Shown here: piece after piece, positions 7,593 through 16,846 of the stretch
Layout of the letters: each line of letters starts with the position of its first letter
How positions within the stretch are numbered: position 1 is the stretch's first letter
DNA from: an uncultured Verrucomicrobiota bacterium
GTDB taxonomy: Bacteria; Verrucomicrobiota; Verrucomicrobiia; Limisphaerales; J093
Reading direction: 5' to 3'
DNA length: 53,926 nt
Assembly (NCBI GenBank): GCA_964413865.1
Contig: CAYPUR010000003.1
Span: forward strand, 1-53,926
Program-made: the position numbers and the translations under genes
The notes under the pieces: generated by a model
Database searches by the model: none
What the model saw: the letters and a program-made list of their open reading frames with translations, nothing else
Told to the model about the DNA's origin: nothing

Positions 7593-7664
7593 GGTTCCAT
7601 CTGACTTGTGCATTGTGACTATGGCTATTCGAGGGGCGCATCGCGCGCCAGGTTCTTTCGTTCT

Positions 7665-9791
7665 ATGAGCCGCGTTCTCGCGACGGGTGTCGGGGCGCTC
7701 AGCCTCGCCTCGAGCCTGGCCGCGTCCGACGCGCCGGACGCCGGGCCGCTGGCGTCCGAGTGGACAGGCCCGCACGGGGGCCTGCCGCCGTTCGACCAGG
7801 TGCAGGCGGCGCATTTCAAACCGGCCTTCGAGACCGCGATCGGGGCCTATCGGGCCGAGATTCGACAGATTGCCGGCCAGGCCGCTCCGGCCGGTTTCGA
7901 CAACACGATTGCGGCGATCGAGAAGGCGGGGCGCACCCTGGACCGGGTCGAGGCCGTTTACGGCGTCTGGGGCTCGACGATGAGCACGCCGGAGTTCCGG
8001 TCCATCGAGCAGGAGCTCGAGCCGAAGCTGGCGGCGTTGCGCGATGAGGTCTATCAGAACGAGGCGCTCTTCAAGCGCATCGAGGCCGTCTACCAGTCGC
8101 CCGACAAGGCCCGGCTGACGCCCGAACAGCAGCGCCTTGTCTGGCTGCACCACACGGAGTTCGTCCGAGCCGGCGCGCGGCTCGACGCCGCCGGCAAGGC
8201 GCGCGTCGCGGCCATCAACCAGCGCCTTGCGACCCTGTACACCACGTTCAGTCAGAATCTCCTCGCCGACGAGGAAGGGTACGCCACGGTGATCGCGGAT
8301 GCGGCCGGCCTGGCCGGGCTGCCGGAGTCGTTCCGCGCGGCGGCGGCGGCCGAGGCGGAGGCGCGCGGGCAGAAGGGCCAGTGGGTGATCGCAAACACCC
8401 GATCGAGCGTCGAGCCGTTCCTGACCTACTCGACGCAGCGCGAGCTGCGCGAGCAGGTTTGGCGCAACTTCGTCAGCCGGGGCGATCATCCCGGCGCGCA
8501 CGACAACAAGCCCTTGATCTCAGAAATCCTCGGGCTCCGGGCCGAGCGGGCGCGGCTGCTTGGCTACGCGACCCACGCCCATTGGCGGCTCGAGAACTCG
8601 ATGGCCCGGACCCCCGAGCGGGCGATGGAGCTGATGGAAGCGGTCTGGAAGCCGGCGCTGGCCCGGGTGCGCGAGGAGGTCGCCGACATGCAGGCGATCG
8701 CCGATGCCGAATCCGCGGAAATCCGGATTGCGCCTTGGGACTACCGCTTCTACGCCGAGAAGGTTCGCAAGGCCAAGTACGACCTCGACGAGAACGAGGT
8801 GAAACCGTACCTGCAGCTCGGCAAGCTCCGCGAGGCCATGTTCTGGGCGGGCGGCCAGATCTATGGGCTGGTTTTCACGCCCGCGCCCGACGTCCCGGTG
8901 TATCATGGCGAGGTTCGTGTCTGGGAGGTTCGAGGCGCCGACGGACGCCACGTCGGGCTGTTCTATTTCGATCCGTATGCGCGGACGGGGAAGCGGTCGG
9001 GGGCCTGGATGAACGCGTATCGGAGCCAGGAACGGTTCGAGCGTCCGATCACGACGCTGGTCTCGAACAACTCGAATTTCATGAAAGGAGGGGCGGGCGA
9101 GCCTGTTCTGGTGTCCTGGGAGGATGCCAAGACCCTTTTCCACGAGTTCGGTCACGCGCTGCACGGCCTGTGTTCGGATGTGACCTACCCGTCGCTGTCG
9201 GGCACGCGCGTGCCGCGCGATTACGTCGAGCTGCCGTCGCAGATCAACGAGCGCTGGCTGGCGACGCCCGAGGTGCTCAACCGGTTCGCGCTCCACTCGA
9301 AGACCGGAGAGCCGATGCCGGCGGCGCTGGCCGGGCGCATCCAGAAGGCCTCGAAGTTCAACCAGGGGTTCGCCACGACCGAGTTCCTGGCCAGCGGCCT
9401 GATCGACATGAAACTGCACCTGGCCGGCGAGCGGGCGATCGACCCGGCGGCATTCGAGCGCGATGAACTCGAGCAGCTCGGCATGCCTTCCGAGATCGTC
9501 ATGCGCCATCGCATGCCCCAATTCGCCCATATCTTCGCCGGCGAAGGCTACTCCGCCGGCTACTACAGCTATCTCTGGGCCGACACGCTGACCGCCGATG
9601 CGGCGGAGGCGTTCCTCGAAGCCGGCGGCCTCTACGACAAGTCCGTCGCCGCGCGATTCAAACGCCACGTGCTCTCCGCGGGCAACACGGTCGAGCCGGC
9701 CGAGGCTTACCGGCAGTTCCGCGGGCGCGACGCCGGCATCGCGGCGCTCATGCGCGATCGGGGATTTCCGGTGCCTGCCGGGGCGAAGTGA
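7665..9791 (+). CDS. dcp: M3-family peptidyl-dipeptidase (Dcp-like), secreted
   Basis: Zinc motif HEFGHALH and M3 architecture throughout. ATG 7665 gives the signal-like N-terminus [20 protein letters not shown]. Confidence 0.85.
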   Translation: MSRVLATGVGALSLASSLAASDAPDAGPLASEWTGPHGGLPPFDQVQAAHFKPAFETAIGAYRAEIRQIAGQAAPAGFDNTIAAIEKAGRTLDRVEAVYGVWGSTMSTPEFRSIEQELEPKLAALRDEVYQNEALFKRIEAVYQSPDKARLTPEQQRLVWLHHTEFVRAGARLDAAGKARVAAINQRLATLYTTFSQNLLADEEGYATVIADAAGLAGLPESFRAAAAAEAEARGQKGQWVIANTRSSVEPFLTYSTQRELREQVWRNFVSRGDHPGAHDNKPLISEILGLRAERARLLGYATHAHWRLENSMARTPERAMELMEAVWKPALARVREEVADMQAIADAESAEIRIAPWDYRFYAEKVRKAKYDLDENEVKPYLQLGKLREAMFWAGGQIYGLVFTPAPDVPVYHGEVRVWEVRGADGRHVGLFYFDPYARTGKRSGAWMNAYRSQERFERPITTLVSNNSNFMKGGAGEPVLVSWEDAKTLFHEFGHALHGLCSDVTYPSLSGTRVPRDYVELPSQINERWLATPEVLNRFALHSKTGEPMPAALAGRIQKASKFNQGFATTEFLASGLIDMKLHLAGERAIDPAAFERDELEQLGMPSEIVMRHRMPQFAHIFAGEGYSAGYYSYLWADTLTADAAEAFLEAGGLYDKSVAARFKRHVLSAGNTVEPAEAYRQFRGRDAGIAALMRDRGFPVPAGAK

Positions 9792-9814
9792 CGCGCCGGG
9801 CCTTCGATCGCATT

Positions 9815-11137
9815 ATGAAACGCACTGACCACAAGACGGAACTCGCGGACCAGGCGCACCGCGATGCACCGGAAGACGCGGACGCCGTTCCAGACACCGC
9901 CACCGCCGAAAGCCGGCAGGGGGTCAAGTCCGTCCGAAGCCCCTCGAACCACGTTCCGCGCCTGCTCGAGAAGACGCGCGCGTTCCGCAATGCGGACGAG
10001 GTGCGCGGCCTGGGCCTTTATCCGTATTTCCGGACTATATCCTCGGCGCAGGACACCGAGGTCATCATCGGCGGGCGCAAGGTGCTGATGCTGGGATCCA
10101 ACAGCTACCTGGGATTGACCAACCACCCGAAGATCAAGGAAGCCGCCAAGGCGGCGGTCGACAAGTACGGGGGCGGTTGTGCCGGGTCGCGGTTCCTCAA
10201 TGGGACGCTGGACATCCATCTCGAACTCGAGGAGGCGCTGGCGCGGCTGGTGCAAAAGGAGGAGGTGCTGCTCTACAGCACCGGGTTCCAGGTCAACCTC
10301 GGGGTCATCAGCTCGCTGGTTGGCAAAGGGGAGTATGTGCTCGCCGACAAGAGCGATCACGCGAGCATCGTGGAAGGCTGCCTCCTGTGCCAGGGCAAGT
10401 TTGTCCGCTTCGCTCACAAGGACATGGCGGCGCTCGAGAACCGGCTTCAGATGATCGAGCGCGAGGCCGGCAAGCTGATTGTGGTCGACGGCGTGTTCAG
10501 CATGGAGGGCGACATCATCCAGCTTCCCGAGCTGTGCAAGGTGGCGAGGGAGTACGGGACCGTGATCATGGTGGACGACGCCCATGCCATCGGCGTGCTC
10601 GGGGATCGGGGGGCGGGCACGGCGAACCACTTCGGTCTGACCGACGAGGTGCACCTCATCATGGGGACGTTCAGCAAATCGCTCGCCAGCCTGGGCGGGT
10701 TCATCGCCTCCGACAAGGCCACGATCGATTACCTCAAACACCACTCGAAGCCGCTGATCTTCAGCGCCAGCATGAGCCCGGCAAACGTCGCCGCCGTGCT
10801 CGCCGCCCTCAAGATCATGACCGGCGAGCCGGAGCGCATCCAGCGGCTCTGGCACAACACCGACCGCATGAAGCAGGGCCTGCTGGCGCTCGGTTTTGAC
10901 CTTGGGGCATCGCAGACGCCGATCCTGCCGGTGTACGTGCGGGATCTGCTGACGACATTCAAGTTCTGCAGACAGCTCGAAGAGCAGGGCGTGTTCGTCA
11001 ACCCGGTCGTGTCGCCCGGCGTGCCGCCAGGCCAGGAACTGCTGCGCATCAGCCTCATGGCCACCCACACCGACAACCAGATCGATTTCGCCCTCGAAAT
11101 GATGGGCCGGGTTGGACGCGAGCTCGGTGTGATTTGA
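9815..11137 (+). CDS. Alpha-oxoamine synthase family PLP enzyme, serine palmitoyltransferase-like
   Basis: Motifs [28 protein letters not shown] and PLP-lysine motif [13 protein letters not shown] (the GTFSKS form is typical of Spt-like members). The alternative GTG 9788 overlaps the dcp stop. Confidence 0.8.
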   Translation: MKRTDHKTELADQAHRDAPEDADAVPDTATAESRQGVKSVRSPSNHVPRLLEKTRAFRNADEVRGLGLYPYFRTISSAQDTEVIIGGRKVLMLGSNSYLGLTNHPKIKEAAKAAVDKYGGGCAGSRFLNGTLDIHLELEEALARLVQKEEVLLYSTGFQVNLGVISSLVGKGEYVLADKSDHASIVEGCLLCQGKFVRFAHKDMAALENRLQMIEREAGKLIVVDGVFSMEGDIIQLPELCKVAREYGTVIMVDDAHAIGVLGDRGAGTANHFGLTDEVHLIMGTFSKSLASLGGFIASDKATIDYLKHHSKPLIFSASMSPANVAAVLAALKIMTGEPERIQRLWHNTDRMKQGLLALGFDLGASQTPILPVYVRDLLTTFKFCRQLEEQGVFVNPVVSPGVPPGQELLRISLMATHTDNQIDFALEMMGRVGRELGVI

Positions 11138-11147
11138 GCCGCTGCCC

Positions 11148-12143
11148 ATGAAAGTGCTGCTGACTGGCGGCAACGGTTTCGTCGGCAGCCATATCCTGGA
11201 TGCGCTCTGCGCCCGGGACATTCCCGCGGTCCTCCTGGCGCGGCCAACCAGCAATCTGTGGTTCATCCGGGATCATCTGCCACGCGTCGAAGTGCGCCGC
11301 GGATCCGTGACCGATCCGGCCAGCCTGCGCGAGGCCCTGTCCGGCATCACACATGTCATCCACTGCGCCGGAACGACCAAGGCGCTGCGCCTCTCGGACT
11401 TCGATGCCGTCAACCGGGTCGGCACCGCCCACCTCGTGGACGCCCTCGACGCCCAAGCCGGCCAAATCCGGCGCCTCGTTCTGGTCTCGAGCCTGGCGGC
11501 CTGCGGCCCGGGCACCGCCCAAGCCCCCGCGCGCGAGACTGACACGCCGCACCCGGTTTCCGAATACGGACGCAGCAAGCTGGCAGCGGAACGCGAGGTG
11601 ACGGAACGTTGCCGCGTCGGGTGCACCATTCTGCGTCCGCCGGCCGTGTATGGCCCTCGGGATGGAGAGTTCCTGCGGCTGTATCGGACCGTGCAGCGCG
11701 GCTGGGCGCCTGCGATCGCGGGAGGGGGGCAGCCGCTGAGTCTGGTGTACGGTCCGGATCTGGCGTTGGCGGCGGTCGCTTGCCTGGATCACCCCGCGGC
11801 GGCAGGAAAGGTCTTTCACGTCGCCGGCGCCGAGGTGGCGACGGGAATGCAGGTGACCGACTTGATCGCGCGCGCATTGGGGTGCCGCGTGAAGCAGGTG
11901 CCCATTCCGGGCTGCCTCGTGCGTTTGGTTTGCGCCGCCGCCACTATGGGGGCGCGGCTCTCGGGACGGGCCAGCCTGCTGGCGCATGACAAGCACCGGG
12001 AGCTCCTGGCCGCGGGATGGGTGTGCGACGCGGGCCGTCTGCATCGGGAGTTGGGGGTGCGCTGTCCCACGCCGCTGTCCGCGGGCGCGGTCTCGACGCT
12101 GGCCTGGTATCGCGAACACCGGTGGCTGGCCTGGGATTCTTGA
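11148..12143 (+). CDS. NAD-dependent epimerase/dehydratase (extended SDR) family protein
   Basis: N-terminal Rossmann motif MKVLLTGGNGFVGSHI. It is 331 aa with ATG at 11148. Confidence 0.8.
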   Translation: MKVLLTGGNGFVGSHILDALCARDIPAVLLARPTSNLWFIRDHLPRVEVRRGSVTDPASLREALSGITHVIHCAGTTKALRLSDFDAVNRVGTAHLVDALDAQAGQIRRLVLVSSLAACGPGTAQAPARETDTPHPVSEYGRSKLAAEREVTERCRVGCTILRPPAVYGPRDGEFLRLYRTVQRGWAPAIAGGGQPLSLVYGPDLALAAVACLDHPAAAGKVFHVAGAEVATGMQVTDLIARALGCRVKQVPIPGCLVRLVCAAATMGARLSGRASLLAHDKHRELLAAGWVCDAGRLHRELGVRCPTPLSAGAVSTLAWYREHRWLAWDS

Positions 12144-13069
12144 AACCCTACGTTTTCATCGACTATGCGACCCAAGGGTACATCGCCCTTGTGGGTGTTC
12201 TGATTCTGCTGTTTCACAACCAGACCGTGCCATGCTGGCCGTGCCTCGTGGCGGTTCACGCGGCCTGCCTGGTCCTGGTGCATCTCCTCATCCAGTCGCA
12301 CGCCCGGTGGCGGTCCAACCGGTTCCTTGACTTCCTGCGGCATTTCTATCCGGTCCTGCTCTACACTGGATTCTATCGGGAGACGGGGATGCTCAACCAC
12401 ATGTTCGCGGGCGACTACCTGGATGTCCACTTCATCCGCCTCGAGGAAAGTCTCTTCGGCCTGCAGCCCTGCCTCTGGCTGATGGACACCTTCCCCTGCC
12501 TCGCGGTGAGCGAAGTGCTCTATGCCTCCTACTTCTCCTATTACATTATGATCTTCGGCGTGGGGCTTGCCCTCTTCGTCCGCCAGCGCCGGCAGTTCCA
12601 CCACTATGTGTCCGTGGTGTCGTTTGTCTTCTACCTTTGCTACCTGACCTACATCTGCCTTCCGGTCATGGGGCCGCGCGCCTTCTTCCGCGAGATCGAC
12701 GGGTTCCGGCTGCCCGATGCGATCCAGGCATCCGCGGGCCCGTTGGCGTACCCGGACGCCGTGACGCACGGCGTCTTCTTCAACATCATGGCCTGGATCT
12801 ACCGGAACTTCGAGAGCCCCGGCGCCGCCTTCCCGAGCAGCCACGTCGCGATCGCTCTCTGCACGGTCTGGTTCTCATTCCGCTACCTGCCGCGCATTCG
12901 ATGGCTGCATCTGGTTGTGGGGCTCCTCCTGTGTCTTTCAACCGTCTATTGCCGCTATCACTACGTGGTCGATGTCGTCGCCGGCGCCCTCACCGTCGCC
13001 ATCCTCCTCCCCCTGGCCAATCGCCTCTACCATCGGTTTCAAGCGCGCGAGGAAGCGATCGGCGAGTGA
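12140..13069 (+). CDS. PAP2-superfamily membrane protein (IPC/sphingomyelin-synthase-like PAP2_C type)
   Basis: Multi-TM protein with AFPSSHV and CRYHYVVDVVAG (H-H-D type catalytic motifs). The proposed TTG start at 12140 overlaps the SDR stop (TTGA). The start is uncertain. Confidence 0.65.
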   Translation: MKPYVFIDYATQGYIALVGVLILLFHNQTVPCWPCLVAVHAACLVLVHLLIQSHARWRSNRFLDFLRHFYPVLLYTGFYRETGMLNHMFAGDYLDVHFIRLEESLFGLQPCLWLMDTFPCLAVSEVLYASYFSYYIMIFGVGLALFVRQRRQFHHYVSVVSFVFYLCYLTYICLPVMGPRAFFREIDGFRLPDAIQASAGPLAYPDAVTHGVFFNIMAWIYRNFESPGAAFPSSHVAIALCTVWFSFRYLPRIRWLHLVVGLLLCLSTVYCRYHYVVDVVAGALTVAILLPLANRLYHRFQAREEAIGE

Positions 13070-13143
13070 GGCCCGCGGATGGGGGCCTCCAGCGCGCCCG
13101 TCTCGATCGCTGCATGCGTTTGAACCCGGGCCTCGCGCCCGCC

Positions 13144-13380
13144 TACTTCAGCACGGCGCGGACGTCGCGCAGAACCGCCTCGGGATTGGGGAACTGGCCG
13201 GTGGCCTTCTTCGAGTAGACGTTGCGTCCGTTCACACTCACCTCGAAGACGCCGCCCGAGGAGGGGACGAGCTTGAGCGACCCGATCTTGAACTTGAGAC
13301 CCAGCAGTTGCGCCGCCAGACCGACGGCATGGGGTTCGTAGTTTCAGGCCGCGCAGTACTCGATGACGATTTCCGGTTGC
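13144..13380 (-). CDS. SelW/Rdx-family selenoprotein (78 codons) with in-frame TGA = Sec at codon 13
   Basis: My translation: MQPEIVIEYCAA[TGA]NYEPHAVGLAAQLLGLKFKIGSLKLVPSSGGVFEVSVNGRNVYSKKATGQFPNPEAVLRDVRAVLK, then TAG. The CxxU motif is at the position of the Rdx CxxC/U redox centre. The gene is absent from the ORF track because of the TGA at 13342-13344. Confidence 0.75.
13310..13326 (-). promoter_or_regulatory. Candidate bacterial SECIS hairpin
   Basis: On the minus strand the hairpin is gccgtc-GGUCU-ggcggc (6 bp including one G-U pair). It starts 15 nt after the UGA and has G residues in the apical loop. Confidence 0.4.
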
Positions 13381-13493
13381 ATTGTGTATGGGCCAAACAT
13401 GGCCGACAAAACTCGACTCACTGACTGCCGATTCTGATCGTGGCTGAGTCTAGACGCGAGAACCGTCCGGGTCAAGGCGGCCCTCCCTGCTCC

Positions 13494-13657
13494 CAGCAGT
13501 TCTCACTTTGCTTGGAGGGCCCCGACGCCGGGTGAGGGCACCCGGCCTACAGCATCGAAGAATGCAGCGGTTGCAGGCCGGGTCGGGCCTGCCTGTCGCC
13601 AGGCAGGCCCGACCCGGCGCTCTGAGCGTTCTCAAAATGAGAAATGCCGCCCTGCAC
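13494..13657. repeat. Repeat family A, full copy with extra internal palindrome
   Basis: It aligns with 25896-26031. It carries the additional perfect palindrome gccgggtcgggcctgcctg-tcgc-caggcaggcccgacccggc. Confidence 0.85.
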
Positions 13658-13743
13658 CCGCGCGGCTGGCGGTTGGCCTTTTCACCTTGATCGCCTCATG
13701 GAGAGGCAACATCCTTCGCATCTCTGAGATGCGAGGCGAACAC

Positions 13744-14547
13744 ATGAAGCCGTCCCGCCAGGCAGTCGTCACCGTGGCTTCCGGGCAGCACGCCGAGATT
13801 CTGGACCGAACGTTCACCAGTTTTGGCCAGAATCCTTTTCTCGAGCTGCACGCCTTCATCCTGGGCGAACGCCTGCCCCAGCGGCAGTTGCCGGGCATTG
13901 TCTACCATCTTCGCGAGCCGGATCCGACGTACCAGCACTTTCTGCGGGAGATCTATTACCGCCGCTTTGCGCTCATCGATGAGCTGGAGTGCGATTACGC
14001 GCTGATCGTGGACAACCATGACGTCCTGTGCCTGCAGCCAATCCCCGAGCTTCCGGCTCTGCTGCGTGGGGCAGCCGTCGGGGCCTGTGTGGAGCATGCC
14101 GGGGGCAAGTACATCGCGGGTCAGGGATACACCAGTTCCTACGTCAACGCGGGAGTGACATTCTGGAACATTCAGGCGTCGCGGCGCATTCGCGCGGACG
14201 TCGTCGCGCGCGGTCGGGCGCGTTTTCGGAGCATCGAAGACCAGCTCACTCTCAACGAAGTGGTCCACACGCGCTACTATGACGACCTGATCCTGCTTCC
14301 GTGCCAGTACAACTACCGGCCTTGCCTGGCTCCAACACGGGTTCGCGGGTGGCCCACGGTAGATCACCTCGATGGCGTTCGCATCTATCACAATGTCTAC
14401 TCGCTCGATGCCGCGCGGAAGCTCATCCCGGTGGCCGCCAGGGCCGCGCTCGAGACCTTGGCGCCCGACGGGCAGGCGCTGACCCCCTTCCAGCGGTTCA
14501 AGCGGCGGGTGCGGCACCGGCTCTTCTACCGGCACCGGGTCGGGTGA
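13744..14547 (+). CDS. Glycosyltransferase family 8-like protein
   Basis: The segment YALIVDNHDVLCL ... YVNAGVTFWNI ... EDQLTLNEV is collinear with the GT8 core, with the DxD replaced by DNHD. ATG candidates are at 13729 and 13744. Confidence 0.55.
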   Translation: MKPSRQAVVTVASGQHAEILDRTFTSFGQNPFLELHAFILGERLPQRQLPGIVYHLREPDPTYQHFLREIYYRRFALIDELECDYALIVDNHDVLCLQPIPELPALLRGAAVGACVEHAGGKYIAGQGYTSSYVNAGVTFWNIQASRRIRADVVARGRARFRSIEDQLTLNEVVHTRYYDDLILLPCQYNYRPCLAPTRVRGWPTVDHLDGVRIYHNVYSLDAARKLIPVAARAALETLAPDGQALTPFQRFKRRVRHRLFYRHRVG

Positions 14548-14785
14548 TCGCGCCGCCGATTCGGCCCGTCGGGCGCAGCGCGGCCAAGCCGCAACCGAAG
14601 CGATCGAATCCTCGCGCACGTCTGGCTCCAACGCTCACCCTGGTCGCCACGCTGCGATAGCGCTCACGCGCAGGGGATGGTGTGGCGGGAACAAGAACTC
14701 AGCCCCAGAATTCACTCGCAGCTTGCGAGCAACTTAAACGATTGCAGAGCAGCGTGCGGGTCTCAGACCGTCCCAATCCACAGCC

Positions 14786-15700
14786 TTAAAGGCGGCGCTT
14801 GTTCACAGGCTTGAACGCGGCGCGATTGCGGAAAGAGAAGGCGCGGTTCCAGTCCGAGAACTTGAAGGCTTCGAGCATGCGCGCCGGCGCGGGGGCTCGC
14901 TCGATCAAGGCCCGCTTGAATCGCGCGCCGGCGGAGGGCGGCACGCACTCGTGGGGAGCGGTCCCCGGCTTGCCCCGGGCGGCGCATCCCTGCCACATGT
15001 TGGAATAGTCGCTCTGTTGCGGCACCTGTTGGAACAGCGTGCCTTCCGCATCCTTCCGGGCTTGCACGAACAGCAGGACCGGGTACGGGTTGATCAGGGG
15101 AGTGCGGGCCTTGATCGAGGCGGGATCGCTCACCTCGTACCACCGGCGACGCGGGCCGTATTCCATGGCGATGAGACGCTCGACGCTGAATCCGTTGTCC
15201 GCCGCGAAGATGCGGAAGAAGAGTTCCGGACTGTATTGGTAGAAGCCGTGGCCGAAGTAGTTGTTGGCTGTGGTGTGGAGAATCACCCGGCCGCCCACCC
15301 TCACCAGCTCCATGCAGTTGCGGATCGCCACGAGGAAGTTGAAGACGTGTTCGAGCGTTCCGCCGTCGTACACGACATCGAATTGCCCTTTGAGTTCAGA
15401 CGCGATGGGCTGATTCAGGTCGTGGACGGTCGTCGCCCCCTCGAAATCCGAGGCGTCGAGAGACTCGATCCGATGGGCGCCAAGCAGGCGAAAGAACGGC
15501 TCGGCGTAGCGTTCCCCTTGCTGTCCCGTGAACAACTCGGGGTGCCGGGCCGGATCGATGCCGTATTCCAGGAGCAACTGGCGCGATTCTCTGTTTCCGG
15601 GGAGGTAGCTTTGCCGGCCGAGCGTGATGGTGTTGGTGAACGGAATGCCCGACTTCATCCCCGCCACGAGTAGCCGTGCCGCTTCTGTGTCGATGGCCAT
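14786..15700 (-). CDS. Class I SAM-dependent methyltransferase-like protein
   Basis: FDVVYDGGTLEHVFNFLVAIRNCMELVRVGGRVIL resembles methyltransferase post-I/II motifs. ATG at 15700. Confidence 0.65.
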   Translation of the reverse strand: MAIDTEAARLLVAGMKSGIPFTNTITLGRQSYLPGNRESRQLLLEYGIDPARHPELFTGQQGERYAEPFFRLLGAHRIESLDASDFEGATTVHDLNQPIASELKGQFDVVYDGGTLEHVFNFLVAIRNCMELVRVGGRVILHTTANNYFGHGFYQYSPELFFRIFAADNGFSVERLIAMEYGPRRRWYEVSDPASIKARTPLINPYPVLLFVQARKDAEGTLFQQVPQQSDYSNMWQGCAARGKPGTAPHECVPPSAGARFKRALIERAPAPARMLEAFKFSDWNRAFSFRNRAAFKPVNKRRL

Positions 15701-15808
15701 AAGTTGATTTGATTGTTGGGAACGCGCCGATCCTCGAGCAAGCACAAAGGCCCGGCGCCGGCGCGGTGTGAAGGCCCGCGCGACCGGGCCTGGACGCAGG
15801 CCGCACGA

Positions 15809-16666
15809 TTACTGCGTGTGTCCGCCCTGTGCGGATCGCTTCCGATAGGCGAGAAACGACTGTTCGCCGAAATCGAACCGCACATACTGGTAGGTCTTGA
15901 GCCCCAGATCCACCGGTTCGAGGTCGGCGCAGCGCGATTCCACCCAGGCCCGCCATTCGGCATTCGACATGCGCGTCTGGTGCAGTTCGACGCCGTCGAC
16001 CACACTGGGAGTCGAACTGGTCGAGGCGATAAAGAGGCCGCCCTCGGTCAGATGCGATCGAATGTTGGCGAACAGCGGCTCGAGGTCGTCCCTATGGATA
16101 TGTTCCAGGACCTCCCACGCCGTGATCAGATCGCACTGGAGTCTCTCGCCATCGCGCAGCACCTCGAACGGCTTGGCGATATCGCAGGTGAAGAGGTTCC
16201 TGTTGGCGAGCCTGGCCCAGTTGGCGCGGCGGTGCTTCAGGGAATAGTCCGAACCTTCCAAACCCACGGCGATCCAGCCCAGCGCGGCGAAGTCGGCAAC
16301 CAACTGCCCGCCCGAACAGCCCAGATCCATCATCGCCAGCCTGCCTCGCCCGCTCCGCCGGCGGAAGTGCTCATGCATCAACAGCACGAACTTCCGATTG
16401 GTGCTGTTGTTGTACCGCGTCCCATGCGGCACCGCGTGGTCCGGGCTGTCGAACGCCACCGGATGCTTTGTCTCCACCTTCAGCACCGCGTCACGAACCG
16501 GTCCGCACCCCCGCCTGAGGAAAGGGCGATAGAGCGGAAACAACACCCAGTGCGCCCCCACGTAAACGCGCGCGTAGAGCGCCAGCCCCACCCGCCGCCA
16601 TTCGCCCTTGGCCAGCAGCCGGAGAGCTAGAGCGACGTTTTTTAGAAAGTACCTTATATAGAACAT
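15809..16666 (-). CDS. Class I SAM-dependent methyltransferase
   Basis: Motif I MMDLGCSGGQLVADF, then CDLITAWEVLEHI and HLTEGGLFIAS. ATG at 16666 lies in an AT-rich patch. Confidence 0.75.
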   Translation of the reverse strand: MFYIRYFLKNVALALRLLAKGEWRRVGLALYARVYVGAHWVLFPLYRPFLRRGCGPVRDAVLKVETKHPVAFDSPDHAVPHGTRYNNSTNRKFVLLMHEHFRRRSGRGRLAMMDLGCSGGQLVADFAALGWIAVGLEGSDYSLKHRRANWARLANRNLFTCDIAKPFEVLRDGERLQCDLITAWEVLEHIHRDDLEPLFANIRSHLTEGGLFIASTSSTPSVVDGVELHQTRMSNAEWRAWVESRCADLEPVDLGLKTYQYVRFDFGEQSFLAYRKRSAQGGHTQ

Positions 16667-16846
16667 GATCCAGAGCTGCCCAATGGGGTACAAGGCCCGC
16701 AAGCGCAAAAACTTAAGGGGTTGCGCTGCCGACGCAAGACGAATGTACGATGGGGCTCTTCCACACGCGCGGCTCGGCGCTCTGTGCCGCCCTGAATGCG
16801 TGTGCATTCGCTCACTCTTTCAGAACGGAGCACAGGTTGTCCGCCG

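Noticed and set aside
7485-11266. Minus-strand ORFs 7485-8501, 8520-9668 and 9707-11266
   Set aside because: They are antisense to dcp (HEFGH motif) and the Spt-like gene (PLP motifs) and have shadow composition.
13508-13690. A 60-aa ORF inside repeat family A
   Set aside because: It lies within the palindromic repeat and is not conserved as an ORF in the other copy, where an indel removes 23 nt. It is R/G/P-rich.
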